From a virus (taxonomy: Duplodnaviria; Caudoviricetes): 43,227 bases of DNA. Position 1 is the first letter of the stretch; each line of letters starts with the position of its first letter. A model generated the notes under the pieces. It searched no databases and was not told the DNA's origin. It saw nothing but the letters and a program-made list of their open reading frames with translations. This document shows, piece by piece, positions 23,977-34,352 of the stretch. Where the stretch lies: IMG/VR virus record IMGVR_UViG_3300024275_000012, positions 1 to 43,227 of that record; one strand, given 5' to 3'. The translations under genes and the position numbers were made by a program.

Positions 23977-26900
23977 CGACGTGACGATCACAGTCCGGGT
24001 CAATAACCAGACGGCGCAGGGCTTTCGTGACGTCAACGGGCGGATCCGTGACATGAACGGCCGGTTCGCCACGGCGGCCGGGGACATGAACCGGTCGTCC
24101 GGCGTGCTGTCGAAGGCGCTCGTCGACGTGCGGGCGTCGCTCCTCTCCCTCGCGCCGGCTGCCGTGCCGGTTGCTGCGTCGCTGGCGCCGATCGCGGTGC
24201 AGGCGGGTGCGGCCGGGCTGGCGATGGCTGCGTTCGGTGCTGCGGTGATCCCGCAGATCGGGCACCTCGGCGATGCGGCGAAAGCGCAGGACAAGTACGC
24301 GGACTCGGTGGCCAAGTTCGGGCGCGGTTCGAAGCAGGCTGCCGCCGCGGCGCTCGCGCAGCAGCAGACGCTCGCCGGGATGCCGGTGGCAACGCAGCGG
24401 GCGTCGGTCGCCTGGCAAGGGTTGAGGGACCAGTTCAAGGCGTTCTCGGACCAGACGGCCGACTTCACGATGATCCCCGTCGAGAAGAGCTTCGCGGTCC
24501 TCGGCCAGATCATCCCCAAGCTCACCCCGATGGCGAAGGGCGCCGCGTCGCAGCTGGACCGGCTGGTGACGGTGGCTGGCGGGGCGGTGAACTCGCCCGG
24601 CTTCGACGCGCTGTCGGAGAAGGTCAGCGACTTCGCGAACAATGCGCTGAAGTCCGCGATCGACAAGACGATCAGCTTTTCGCGTGCTCTGTCGGAGGGG
24701 AACGCGCACGGCCCGATCGCCTCGTTCTTCGAGTATGCGCGGCAGCAGGGTCCGGCGGTGAAGGAGCTGCTGACCAACGTCAGCGAGGCGGTGTCGAACC
24801 TGTTGCAGGGTGCGGCGCAGGCGGGGCCGGGGCTGCTGACGCTGGTGAATGCGATGGCGAAGCTGGTGGCGTCGGTGCCGCCGGAGCTGGTCGGCAACCT
24901 GATGTCGATCTATGCCGCCTTCAAGCTGATCAAGCTGACGGGTGCTGGGGTCGGTGCGCTCGCGGGTGGCTTCGCCAACCTCGGTGCGAAGATCGCCGCG
25001 CTGAAGGCCGCGAGCGTCGCTGCGGGTGGCGGCATCGCAGGGATGAACGCCGCGCTGAACACGCTCACCACCGGTGGCCGGGCCGCCCTCGCCGTGGGTG
25101 TGGTCGGCGGTCTCGCGCTGGCCATGCACAAGCTGACCGACGATGACGCCACGGTGGCAGTCGACAAGCTCGCCACCAGCCTCAACACCCTGGCCACGAC
25201 CGGCAAAGTCACCGGCGAACTGTCGACGCACATGGACGACATGGCGAAGTCGATCGCGATGGTGTCGAAGGGCGCCAGCGACAACAAGATCCTCACCATG
25301 GTCAGCGACTTCGGATCATGGATCGGGATCGCGACCGGGCCCGGCATCTCCGAAGCCAAGGAGAACGTCGCCGCCTGGGACAAAGTCATGGCGGACAACG
25401 TCCGCTCCGGCCACACCAAGGAAGCCGCAGCCCAGTACGAGATCCTCCGCAAAGCGTGGATCGCAGGCGGCGGCGATCTGAAGGAACTTGACGAGGCCAC
25501 CACCGGCTACCGGGATGCACAGGCCGACGTCAAGTTCGAAACCGACATGGCAGCCCAGGCGATGGGCGGATTCGGGTCAGCAGCACAGGCAACGCAGGCC
25601 ACCCTCGACGCGCAAAAGGGCAGCGCGGACGGACTGCGCCAGTCGCTGATCGCACTCAACGACGTCAACCGCAGCGCCTACGACGCACAGATCGGCTTCG
25701 AAGCCAGCCTCGACGCCCTCACCGCATCGTTCAAAGAACACGGCGCCACCCTCAACCTCGACACCGCAGCAGGCCAGGCCAACGGGCAGGCCATGTCGGC
25801 GGCCGCGAAGGCCCAGGACGAACTGATTGCCACCGGGGTCGCAGCCGGGGACTCGTTCGCGTCGATGTCGAAGAAGAGCAGCGAGCTCCGCGAGACGATG
25901 ATGCGGCTCGCGGTGGACGCATTCGACGGGAACAAAAAGAAAGCGCAGGAGTACGTCAACACCCTGCTCGGCACACCGTCGGAGATCAAGACACTGGTCA
26001 AGGCGGAGAAGGACCAAGCGATCGCCGGACTTCAGGAGGTGCGCTCTGCGGTCCAGGCGACACCGGGCTCGAAGGAAGTCACGGTGTCCACGCTGAACGG
26101 TGCGGCAATCGCCGCGCTGAATGCGGTCGGCCTGAAGACCGAGCAGCTCCCCGACGGCCGGACCAAGGTGTACACCGCGAACGGCACAGCGCTGGGTGCA
26201 ATCGGCGCGGTGTCGTCGGCGATGAACAAGATCGACGGAAAGTCGGCGACGACCTACGTCGTCACCAAGTACCGGATCGAGGGGAAGCCGGGCGGGCCGG
26301 CGTCTGGCACGTATCTGGGGTCGACGGCGGGCCGGTCGGCGGACGGCAACATCTACCGCGGCCGCTCGTATGCGGACGGCGGCATGGAGCAGCATGTCGC
26401 GCAGATCGCACAGCCCACGTTCCGGATGTGGGCGGAGCCGGAGACCGGCGGCGAGGCGTACATCCCGCTGAGCCCGGCCAAGCGCGGCAGGTCCCGGGAC
26501 ATTGCTGAGCAGACAGTGGGGATCCTTGGCGGGCAGGTGGAGTGGTTCGCGAAGGGCGGCCTGACGAAGAGCCAGATGAAGGGCCTGTCGTCGCCGTCGG
26601 ATATGTCGTCGCTGACGGCGACGCTGTCCGATGTCCGCTCTCGGATCAAGGACAAGTCGTCGGGTGCCGCGGAGGCCCGGCTGCTGCACGCTCTGGATGC
26701 GGTCGGTAAGAAGCTGATCGCGCACGAGAAGTCTTTGACCTCGGTGAACAAAGCCTTGGATGGGGCGAAGTCGAAGCTGAACGACCTGCGGTCGTCGGCG
26801 TCGCAGCTGTCGGGCAGCGTCAAGTCCGGGGTCCTCAGCGCGTCGTCGATCACGAAGAGCGGCGACGACCAGGTGTCGGTGCAGTCCATCATGGGCGGCC

Positions 26901-27616
26901 TCATCGCGTCCCGGGACAAGGCGACCGCGTTCTCCAGCGCGCTGAAGGGCTTGCAGGGCAAGGGTCTGCGCGCGGATCTCATCCAGCAGATCGCCGAGGC
27001 CGGTATCGGCGGCGGCGGGCTGGAGACGGCGGGCGCGCTGTTGGGCGCGTCGTCGTCGGAGATCGGCACCGCCAACAGCCTTCAGTCGCAGATCGCGGCC
27101 GCGGCGAAGACGGCTGGGCAGACCACGTCGACGGCCGTGTACGGGGCGGCAATCAAGGCGCAGACCACGGCGACGAACAAGCTCCAGGCGTCGCAGGACC
27201 GGCTGGAGAGGACCATGTCGAGCCTGGCGAAGTCCCTGAACAAGCGGCTCGGCGGCAAAGCCGCTGGCGGGATCGTGGGCGCGGCAGCGTCGGGTGGTAT
27301 CCGGGACGGGCTGACGTGGGTGGGCGAGCACGAGCCGGAACTGCTGGACCTGCCCGTCGGCTCCCGGGTGTGGTCGGGGCCGGACTCACGGAGGAAGACG
27401 GCGGCACCGTGGTCGTCGATGCTCAACACCCCGCGCCGGGCTGCCGCTGCTTCTGCTGCGCCCGCGGCTGCGCACGGCGGTTCTGAGCAGCCGATCGTCA
27501 TCCAGGTCCGGATCGGCGAGAAGGACTTCGGCGAGCTGTGGGTGGAGACCGGCCGCCGCAGGGTCAAGGCCATCGGCTCGATCGAGGCCACACTCAAGCC
27601 GCCTCGCGGCAGGTAG
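23969..27616 (+). CDS. Tape measure protein
   Basis: 1215 aa Ala/Gly-rich helical protein after the chaperone; ADGG..AEPETGGEAYIPL motif. Confidence 0.9.
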   Translation: MSDDVTITVRVNNQTAQGFRDVNGRIRDMNGRFATAAGDMNRSSGVLSKALVDVRASLLSLAPAAVPVAASLAPIAVQAGAAGLAMAAFGAAVIPQIGHLGDAAKAQDKYADSVAKFGRGSKQAAAAALAQQQTLAGMPVATQRASVAWQGLRDQFKAFSDQTADFTMIPVEKSFAVLGQIIPKLTPMAKGAASQLDRLVTVAGGAVNSPGFDALSEKVSDFANNALKSAIDKTISFSRALSEGNAHGPIASFFEYARQQGPAVKELLTNVSEAVSNLLQGAAQAGPGLLTLVNAMAKLVASVPPELVGNLMSIYAAFKLIKLTGAGVGALAGGFANLGAKIAALKAASVAAGGGIAGMNAALNTLTTGGRAALAVGVVGGLALAMHKLTDDDATVAVDKLATSLNTLATTGKVTGELSTHMDDMAKSIAMVSKGASDNKILTMVSDFGSWIGIATGPGISEAKENVAAWDKVMADNVRSGHTKEAAAQYEILRKAWIAGGGDLKELDEATTGYRDAQADVKFETDMAAQAMGGFGSAAQATQATLDAQKGSADGLRQSLIALNDVNRSAYDAQIGFEASLDALTASFKEHGATLNLDTAAGQANGQAMSAAAKAQDELIATGVAAGDSFASMSKKSSELRETMMRLAVDAFDGNKKKAQEYVNTLLGTPSEIKTLVKAEKDQAIAGLQEVRSAVQATPGSKEVTVSTLNGAAIAALNAVGLKTEQLPDGRTKVYTANGTALGAIGAVSSAMNKIDGKSATTYVVTKYRIEGKPGGPASGTYLGSTAGRSADGNIYRGRSYADGGMEQHVAQIAQPTFRMWAEPETGGEAYIPLSPAKRGRSRDIAEQTVGILGGQVEWFAKGGLTKSQMKGLSSPSDMSSLTATLSDVRSRIKDKSSGAAEARLLHALDAVGKKLIAHEKSLTSVNKALDGAKSKLNDLRSSASQLSGSVKSGVLSASSITKSGDDQVSVQSIMGGLIASRDKATAFSSALKGLQGKGLRADLIQQIAEAGIGGGGLETAGALLGASSSEIGTANSLQSQIAAAAKTAGQTTSTAVYGAAIKAQTTATNKLQASQDRLERTMSSLAKSLNKRLGGKAAGGIVGAAASGGIRDGLTWVGEHEPELLDLPVGSRVWSGPDSRRKTAAPWSSMLNTPRRAAAASAAPAAAHGGSEQPIVIQVRIGEKDFGELWVETGRRRVKAIGSIEATLKPPRGR

Positions 27617-27629
27617 AAGGGACGACGGA

Positions 27630-28133
27630 GTGCACCGGTACAAGATCTATAACGGGCCGATGCCCACGACTGCCGCACAGCAGAAGGTGACCACGGGCAC
27701 GGCGATCAAGACCATGCTTCAGCTCGCCACACCCAGCACCCGGCAGATCCAGCTGATCAGCTGGGGCTTCACCCTGGACGCGGTTCCTTCGTCGGCCGGG
27801 CAGGTGGAACTGATCCAGACGGACGTCGCCGCCACCGTCACCGCACACGTCGCGGCCGGCCTGCAGCCGGTCGACCCGAACGCCCCCGCATCGCTGCTCA
27901 CGCTGGGCACGAGCGCGACCGGTTACACCGCCACTGCCGAGGGCGCGACGACCGCGTCGCGCACGTTCGACGTGAACCTCGTCCCTTCGACGGCTGGCTC
28001 AACGGACATCAACTACTACTACCAGTGGATGCCCGACGAACGGCCGATCGTCGCAGTGTCCCGGTTCCTGCGTGTGCGCGCCACGTTCGGTGGCGCCGTG
28101 AACATGACGTGCTTCGTCTGCTGGGACGAATAG
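27630..28133 (+). CDS. Minor tail protein
   Basis: Beta-rich; follows the tape measure. Confidence 0.6.
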   Translation: MHRYKIYNGPMPTTAAQQKVTTGTAIKTMLQLATPSTRQIQLISWGFTLDAVPSSAGQVELIQTDVAATVTAHVAAGLQPVDPNAPASLLTLGTSATGYTATAEGATTASRTFDVNLVPSTAGSTDINYYYQWMPDERPIVAVSRFLRVRATFGGAVNMTCFVCWDE

Positions 28134-28136
28134 CCG

Positions 28137-31010
28137 ATGCCGGGAAGTGTCGCCGCACGGGTCATGGCCTGGCAGCGCCGCATGGGCGGCGCCCCGGGCC
28201 CCCTTGGCGCGTCCGGCGAGGCATCCAACGGGCAGCCCGCGCAGGTGGAGTTGCTCGTCAACGGGGCGTGGGTCGACATCACGGACCGGACTCTGGTCTG
28301 GGACGACAACGGCCGCATCGGCGTTACGTCGGGCATCCGTGACGGCGGCTCGCAGGCGCAAGCCGCAGACTGCCCGCTGGAGTTGAAGAACGCCGACGGC
28401 CGGTTCTCCCCCCGGAATCCCAACGGCGACTACTACGACATCCTCACCTGGCGCAACGCCCAGATCCGCGTCTCAGTACCGGACGGCAACGGCGGCAAGC
28501 AGTACCTGATCTGGGGCGAAACGTCCGAATGGGCACCCAACTGGGACACATCCGGTAACAAAGTCTGGACGGACGTCACCGTCAACGGCATCCTCCAGCG
28601 CCTCGCTCAAGGCCCCACCCCAGAACACTCGATCCTCTACAGGGCGGTCACCGACCCCCCACTGACCGGGCTGGTGGCGTACTGGCCGTGCGAGGACCCC
28701 ACCGGGTCCACCGAACTGAAATCAGCGCTGGTCAGCGGCTCTTCCATGACCTGGACAGGCACACCCAGCCTCGCCTCCTACACCGGGTTCGGCGCCTCCG
28801 ACCCACTGCCCACCCTCACCGTGGCATCCCTCACCGGCGGCATCGCACGCTACGACATCAGCGCGCTGACGCAGTACCAGATGCGGTTCCTGCTCTCAGT
28901 CCCGAAGGCAGGGTTCTCCGACCTGGACGTGGTGGCCCGGATGAGGGTTGCCGAAGTCGCGGCGGGCGCGAGCCTGCTCAATTACTTCGACATCCACTAC
29001 AACAACCCGCCCGGCGGCCTCGGCTCCTACGGTGCCCCCGGCACCCTGACCATCCTGCTCCGCGACGGCGACGAAGCCACGTTCGGCGCGTCGAACTCCA
29101 CCACGATGGACGTCCGCGGCCGACGCGTCCGGGTCTCCCTGGAGAACTCGATCGCCTCCACGACGATCACGTGCACGCTGCGGGTCCTCGACATCGACAC
29201 GGGGATGACGGACTCCGCATCGATCACGATCGGCTCCACCAGCATCTCCCGCGTCATCTCCATGGCTCTCGCCCCCGCCACCCTCGCCCAGAGCGCAGGT
29301 CTCACGGGTGGGTCGGCGGGGCATCTGCTGCTCCAGAACACGATCACAGACATCACGGATATCGGGCGGGCGATTCAGCCCGAGGGTGAGGCTGCCGGCC
29401 GGCGGATGCAGCGGCTGTGCGGGGAGACGGCGGTGGCGTTCGAGTGGATCGGCGACCTGGACGACACAGTGCTGATGGGGCCGCAGGGCAGGCAGAATCT
29501 GCTGGCCTTGTTGCGGGAGTGTGAGGCGGCGGACGGCGGGTTCCTGTACGAATCGACGGATCGGCTCGGGCTCGGCTATCGGACACGGGCGTCGCTGTAC
29601 GGGCAGGACCCGGCGCTCGTTCTGTCGTACACCGGGTTCAACTTGGCTGACGTTCCGGTTCCGCTGTCGGATGACCGGTACGTGCAGAACCAGGTCGTCG
29701 TCACCGTGAACGGCGTCTCGCAGACGTACACGGAGACGACGGGCGCGCTGGGTACGGACAGGGTCGGCGTGTACGGGGAGACGTCGGGTGTCGAACTCAA
29801 CCTCGCGTCTACGGATGCGGCGACGCTGCGGGATCAGGCGGCGTGGCGGGTGCGTCTCGGCACGGTGGACAGCGAGCGCTACCCCAAGATCAGCGTCAAC
29901 CTGGCCCATCCCTCCATGACGCCGGAGCTGAAGCGGGCGATCCTCGGCCTGCGCATGGGCGATCGCATGCAGATCACCGGCATGCCTTCGTGGCTGGCGC
30001 CGGACACCGTGGACCAGCTGATCGTCGGCGTCGACAGGTCGCTGAACCGGTTCGTCCACGAGATCACGTTCACCTGCCTGCCGGCCGCCGCCTACAACCA
30101 GGTCGGCAACCTCGACAGCAACAACGTGCGGATCGACATCGACGGGTCGGAGCTGATGTCTGGCATCGGCTCGTCGGACACCACGATGGTGGTGGTGCCG
30201 TCGGCCGGCCAGACGATGCTGTGGACAACCGACCCTGCCGACATGCCCGTTGATCTGCGGCTGGGCGGCGAGGTGGTGCGGCTGACGGAGACGGATCCGT
30301 GGCTGACCGACACTTTCACCCGGTCGGTGTCGTCGGGGTGGGGGACGTCGGACACAGGCCAGTCGTGGGGCAACGGCGGCGGGACCGCGACCGATTTCGC
30401 GGTCGGCTCTGGGTACGGGTCGCACACGCTGACCACGGTCGACATCTCCCGACGGAATTTCACCGACTTCCTGCGGACGCAAGTGGATGCCTACGTCAGC
30501 ATCACAACGTCCGCGACGGCGACCGGCGGCAGCCTTTATGGCGGGCTGCTGGGCCGGTACATCGACGGCGCGAACTTTTACATGGCGCGCGTCGAATTCA
30601 CGACGGCCAACGGCGTGAACCTCGAATTCCGCAAGCGGATCAACGACGTCGAGACATCCCTAGGTACCTACACCACATCACTCACCCACGTCCCGGGGAC
30701 ATTCCTGCGGCTGCGGTTCGTGGTGTCGGGCACCTCCCTGAAGGCCAAAGTGTGGACTGCCGGGACGACCGAGTTCCCGGGCTGGCAAATCGAAGCCACC
30801 GACACCCAGCTCGGCAGCGCGGCCCTGTTCGGCTTCCGGTCGATCGCCTCGGCAGCGAACACCAACGTCAACCCGCAGGTCCGCTACGACGACCTGGCCG
30901 TGGTGAATCCCCAGGTTCTGAACGTCACCCGCGGCATCAACGGCGTCGTCAAATCCCACGCCGCAGGCACTTCGGTGTCTCTCGCCTACCCCACCTACAT
31001 CGCCCTGTAA
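28137..31010 (+). CDS. Large minor tail (tail tip) protein
   Basis: LKNADGRFSPRNP, AYWPCED and C-terminal DTFTRSVSSGWG lectin-like region. Confidence 0.75.
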   Translation: MPGSVAARVMAWQRRMGGAPGPLGASGEASNGQPAQVELLVNGAWVDITDRTLVWDDNGRIGVTSGIRDGGSQAQAADCPLELKNADGRFSPRNPNGDYYDILTWRNAQIRVSVPDGNGGKQYLIWGETSEWAPNWDTSGNKVWTDVTVNGILQRLAQGPTPEHSILYRAVTDPPLTGLVAYWPCEDPTGSTELKSALVSGSSMTWTGTPSLASYTGFGASDPLPTLTVASLTGGIARYDISALTQYQMRFLLSVPKAGFSDLDVVARMRVAEVAAGASLLNYFDIHYNNPPGGLGSYGAPGTLTILLRDGDEATFGASNSTTMDVRGRRVRVSLENSIASTTITCTLRVLDIDTGMTDSASITIGSTSISRVISMALAPATLAQSAGLTGGSAGHLLLQNTITDITDIGRAIQPEGEAAGRRMQRLCGETAVAFEWIGDLDDTVLMGPQGRQNLLALLRECEAADGGFLYESTDRLGLGYRTRASLYGQDPALVLSYTGFNLADVPVPLSDDRYVQNQVVVTVNGVSQTYTETTGALGTDRVGVYGETSGVELNLASTDAATLRDQAAWRVRLGTVDSERYPKISVNLAHPSMTPELKRAILGLRMGDRMQITGMPSWLAPDTVDQLIVGVDRSLNRFVHEITFTCLPAAAYNQVGNLDSNNVRIDIDGSELMSGIGSSDTTMVVVPSAGQTMLWTTDPADMPVDLRLGGEVVRLTETDPWLTDTFTRSVSSGWGTSDTGQSWGNGGGTATDFAVGSGYGSHTLTTVDISRRNFTDFLRTQVDAYVSITTSATATGGSLYGGLLGRYIDGANFYMARVEFTTANGVNLEFRKRINDVETSLGTYTTSLTHVPGTFLRLRFVVSGTSLKAKVWTAGTTEFPGWQIEATDTQLGSAALFGFRSIASAANTNVNPQVRYDDLAVVNPQVLNVTRGINGVVKSHAAGTSVSLAYPTYIAL

Positions 31011-31022
31011 GGAGGAAGCATC

Positions 31023-31577
31023 GTGGCCGAGTACTACCCGCAGCCCGCAGGCGGTCAGCGCCTGACCGGAAGCCTGCTGCGGAGCATGCTGCCGCTGACC
31101 GTCCGTAAGACTGCCGACACCTCGCGCACTGCGACCACCAGCGTCACAGCCGACGATCATCTCTTCCTCGACCTGGAGGCAAACGCCGTCTACGTCGGGG
31201 AGGGCTGGATCAAGTACTCCGGGCTCGCGGCCGCGGACCTCGGGATCCAGTGGACGGCGCCCAGCCTCGCCGTTGGCGAATGGGGGGCGCACGGCGTCGG
31301 CTCCACCGTCGTCGGCTCCACCGCCGCCCCTGCCTTGCAGACCGATACGCAGGGCGCGCTCGGCTACATGGTGCGCACCGAATCCAACGAGCTGGGGGTG
31401 GCCCGCACCTACGGCTGCCTGGGCACATCGGCACTGCTCACGCTGTTCATGTACGGCACGATCCGTATGGGCGCGACGGCGGGGACGTTCAGTGTGGGGT
31501 GGGCACAGGCTTCATCGTCCGCTACCGCCACCACGCTGTACGCGGATTCGTGGCTGCGTCTGACGAGGGTCGCCTGA
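31023..31577 (+). CDS. Minor tail/fibre protein
   Basis: AGGQRLT start; WAQ...DSWLRLTRVA end typical of actinophage tail proteins. Confidence 0.7.
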   Translation: MAEYYPQPAGGQRLTGSLLRSMLPLTVRKTADTSRTATTSVTADDHLFLDLEANAVYVGEGWIKYSGLAAADLGIQWTAPSLAVGEWGAHGVGSTVVGSTAAPALQTDTQGALGYMVRTESNELGVARTYGCLGTSALLTLFMYGTIRMGATAGTFSVGWAQASSSATATTLYADSWLRLTRVA

Positions 31578-32050
31578 TGGCGGGGCTGCGCCGGGCGGCG
31601 GGCGTGCTGCTGGCGGCGGTGGGGCTGCTGCTGGTCACGCCGCCGACGGCGGCCCGGCCCGCGGCGACGGCGGGGGCGGATGTGCTGGTGACGGAGGGCG
31701 GCACCCGGTTCGCGCTGATCTCCTGCGCGCTGCGCAACACCGGTGCCGGGTGGTCGGTCATCACCGACAGCGGCCACACACCGTCCGGCTGCACTGGCGT
31801 CGTGACGCACGACGCCTACCTGGAGCTACTCCACCCCGTCGGGGCAGTGCAGGTGTCATCGCTCACGGTCACCGTCGATGAGACCTACGCCAGGACAGGG
31901 CTGAGAGCAGGCGTCTCGGCCGGGTTCGACCACTCCTACATCTACCTGTACTCGGGGGCGGCCGGCAGTGCGGCGCTCAACCCGACCAGCGTGGTGGCAG
32001 CGTCCGGGAATCTCTGGGTGCAGGGCTACCTCGTACTGCCTGCTATCTGA
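31577..32050 (+). CDS. Signal-peptide protein with a tail-fibre-like beta domain
   Basis: MAGLRRAAGVLLAAVGLLLV..PTAA signal peptide; TGATG coupling. Confidence 0.65.
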   Translation: MAGLRRAAGVLLAAVGLLLVTPPTAARPAATAGADVLVTEGGTRFALISCALRNTGAGWSVITDSGHTPSGCTGVVTHDAYLELLHPVGAVQVSSLTVTVDETYARTGLRAGVSAGFDHSYIYLYSGAAGSAALNPTSVVAASGNLWVQGYLVLPAI

Positions 32051-32063
32051 CGGAGGGAATGAC

Positions 32064-32846
32064 ATGGCAACACCGATGACCGCAGCCGAGTGGCGGGCCG
32101 CCCTGAAAGCGGAGGGCGTGAAGTACACGGAGTTCGATGGGTGGACGACGCGCGGCCGGGACGCCGCGACCGGCAAACCCTTCGGCCCGGTGCATGGGGT
32201 GCTCAACCACCACACGGCCGGGTCGAATTCGCTGACGGCTGTGACCACGGGCGGCGCCCCGAATCTCCCTGCGCCGCTGTGCCACACGTTCCTGCCCAAG
32301 AGCGGGATCGCGGTGCTGGTGTCCTGCCACCGCGCCAACCACGCCGGGCTCGCTGCATCCAACGTGATCGACGCGATCACCGCCGAGACGCCCCTGCCGA
32401 GGCAGAACAAGACGTCCACGGTCGACGGGAACGACTGCCTGTACGGCATCGAGACCGAGAACCTCGGCAACAACAAGGACACGTACACGCGCGCCCAGTA
32501 CGACACCTGGGTCCGCTGGAACGCAGCGATCTGCCGGTTCCACAAGTGGGGTTCGGGTTCCGTCGCCGGACACCTGGAGACCAGCGTCGAGGGCAAGGTC
32601 GACCCGCTCGGCCCCGTCGAAGGCTACGGCACCCGCGGAAAGTTCGCTTTCACCATGGGCCAGCTGCGGGCGGACGTCGACGAGCGGCTGAGGCACCCCG
32701 CGTCGTGGTCGCCGCCGGTGAAGACGACCCCGCCGCCGACCACACCCCCGCCGGTGCCCAAGCCCACCGTCGAGGAGCGTCTCTCCGCCCTGGAGAAGAC
32801 CGTCACCGAGCAGGGCCAGCGGATCGCTGCCCTCGAATCGAAGTGA
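32064..32846 (+). CDS. Endolysin, N-acetylmuramoyl-L-alanine amidase (Amidase_2)
   Basis: HHTAG, ANHAG, YGIETEN, GHLE, KVDP. Confidence 0.9.
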   Translation: MATPMTAAEWRAALKAEGVKYTEFDGWTTRGRDAATGKPFGPVHGVLNHHTAGSNSLTAVTTGGAPNLPAPLCHTFLPKSGIAVLVSCHRANHAGLAASNVIDAITAETPLPRQNKTSTVDGNDCLYGIETENLGNNKDTYTRAQYDTWVRWNAAICRFHKWGSGSVAGHLETSVEGKVDPLGPVEGYGTRGKFAFTMGQLRADVDERLRHPASWSPPVKTTPPPTTPPPVPKPTVEERLSALEKTVTEQGQRIAALESK

Positions 32847-32854
32847 GGACACCA

Positions 32855-33184
32855 GTGAAGATCTTCGGCAGAGAGCCCGCTCTCATCCTCGCGGCCGTCA
32901 GTGCCGCACTGTCCCTCGTCGTGAGCTTCGGCTTCGGCCTCACCGCCGAGCAGGCCGGCGCGATCGTCGCCGTCGTCTCCGCGGTGTTCGCCGCTGCCAC
33001 CGCTGCGATCACCCGGCCGATCGCCCCGTCCGCGTTCACCGGCCTCGTCGCCGCGGCGGTGGCGCTCCTCGCCGCTTACGGGCTGAACGTTTCTGCGGAG
33101 ACGGTGGGCGCCCTGAACGCATGTGTTCTGGCGGTCCTTGGCCTGGTGACGCGCGGCCAGGTGTCGCCGAAGTCGGCAGCCTGA
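32855..33184 (+). CDS. Holin
   Basis: IFGREPA start, several TM helices, RGQVSP end; follows the lysin. Confidence 0.8.
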   Translation: MKIFGREPALILAAVSAALSLVVSFGFGLTAEQAGAIVAVVSAVFAAATAAITRPIAPSAFTGLVAAAVALLAAYGLNVSAETVGALNACVLAVLGLVTRGQVSPKSAA

Positions 33185-33606
33185 TGTGCCGGGCGGTCCG
33201 GCGGCTGGGCAGGATGCTGGGCCGCCGCGGCGTAATCCTCTTGTGCTACGGCACGGTGTGGGCTCTGTACGGGTACGCGCAGCTCGTTTCTCCGCAGCCT
33301 GACCAGCGGGGCCTGACTCTGGCGATTCAGGTCATGCCGTTGCAGGCGTGGGGCTGGCTGTGGATCACGGCCGGGCTGATCGCGGTTGCCTCCGCGTGGG
33401 TGCCGCAGGGCCTCGACTGGCCCGGGTTCCTCGCACTTCCGCTGATCGTGCTGCCGTGGATGCTGTCCTACCTGTCCTCCTGGCTTCAGGGGGACTTCCC
33501 GAGGGGGTGGGTGTCTGCCGCGGTGTGGGCTGTGATCGCTGTTCCCGTGCTGGTTGTTGCGGGATGGCGTGAGCCGCCCCGTGTGAAGAGAGTGCGAGTC
33601 GAGTAA
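33184..33606 (+). CDS. Multi-pass membrane protein of the lysis cassette
   Basis: About four Trp-rich TM helices; TGATG coupling. Confidence 0.7.
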   Translation: MCRAVRRLGRMLGRRGVILLCYGTVWALYGYAQLVSPQPDQRGLTLAIQVMPLQAWGWLWITAGLIAVASAWVPQGLDWPGFLALPLIVLPWMLSYLSSWLQGDFPRGWVSAAVWAVIAVPVLVVAGWREPPRVKRVRVE

Positions 33607-33959
33607 TGGGCGTAGACACCTGGGTTCAGGCAGGCATGGCAGTCGTCGCAGCGGTGGGCGGTGTCGTCTCCGCCCGGTCCGCACGACGCACGAAGCGGCA
33701 GGAAAAGCGCGACGACTTCACCGAGATCAAGACTGCACTCAACGAACGCATCGACGATCTCAAGGAGGACATCGCCGGGCAGCAGGTCCAGATCACCGGC
33801 CAGCAGGAGCAGATCACCGGACAGGGCGCGGCGATCTCGTGGCTGGTCGTGGACCGGCGGAGCCTTGTCGGCTACATCCGCAAATCGGGGCTCGAACCCC
33901 CCATGCCACGCCCCATCCCAGAGCGGGCGCGCCCGTACCTGGATTCCATCGACGTGTGA
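33606..33959 (+). CDS. Single-TM coiled-coil protein of the lysis cassette
   Basis: N-terminal TM, heptad repeat ITGQQEQ, GLEPP end. Confidence 0.7.
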   Translation: MGVDTWVQAGMAVVAAVGGVVSARSARRTKRQEKRDDFTEIKTALNERIDDLKEDIAGQQVQITGQQEQITGQGAAISWLVVDRRSLVGYIRKSGLEPPMPRPIPERARPYLDSIDV

Positions 33960-34048
33960 CGCCGCGCCTCCCGGCTCCCCACGGGAGGCATACGGCATTA
34001 CGGCGGTACGCTGCCAGAGACACCCGTACCCCCGGGAGAGGAGCAGCC

Positions 34049-34300
34049 GTGGACGACACCGCCCTCCTGCGCACCCTCGCCATCGAACCGGCCACCCTCG
34101 CCCCGGCACCCGCCACGGTCCGCACCGCGGACGCCCGCACCCGCTACGGCCTGCCCTGCTCGACCTGCGGCGCGCCCAGTGTGGCGGCGACGACCGTCAC
34201 CACGCCCGCCGGCCCTCGCTGGCTGGACTCCTGCCGGGACCACATGATCGCCGCGGCCAAACTCCGGTCAGCAGGAGGAGGTTTTCGCGGAGCCCCGTGA
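34049..34300 (+). CDS. Small zinc-finger-like protein
   Basis: GAGGAG RBS; CSTC...WLDSCRDH. Confidence 0.6.
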   Translation: MDDTALLRTLAIEPATLAPAPATVRTADARTRYGLPCSTCGAPSVAATTVTTPAGPRWLDSCRDHMIAAAKLRSAGGGFRGAP

Positions 34301-34352
34301 AAACTAGCCTGACCTGGGAACAGTCATCACTTTCGCAGTACCGCGAAAGCGG

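Noticed and set aside
26330-27400. Toxin or enzyme domain in the tape measure C-terminus
   Set aside because: The ADGG/AEPETGGEAYIP and GG..WVGEHEPE motifs are ordinary tape measure features; no catalytic motif recognised
28137-32050. Diversity-generating retroelement or invertible tail cassette
   Set aside because: No reverse transcriptase, no template/variable repeat pair and no inverted gene copies seen
33771-33825. Tandem repeat CAGATCACCGG(C/A)CAG
   Set aside because: In-frame heptad duplication of a coiled coil; explained at protein level
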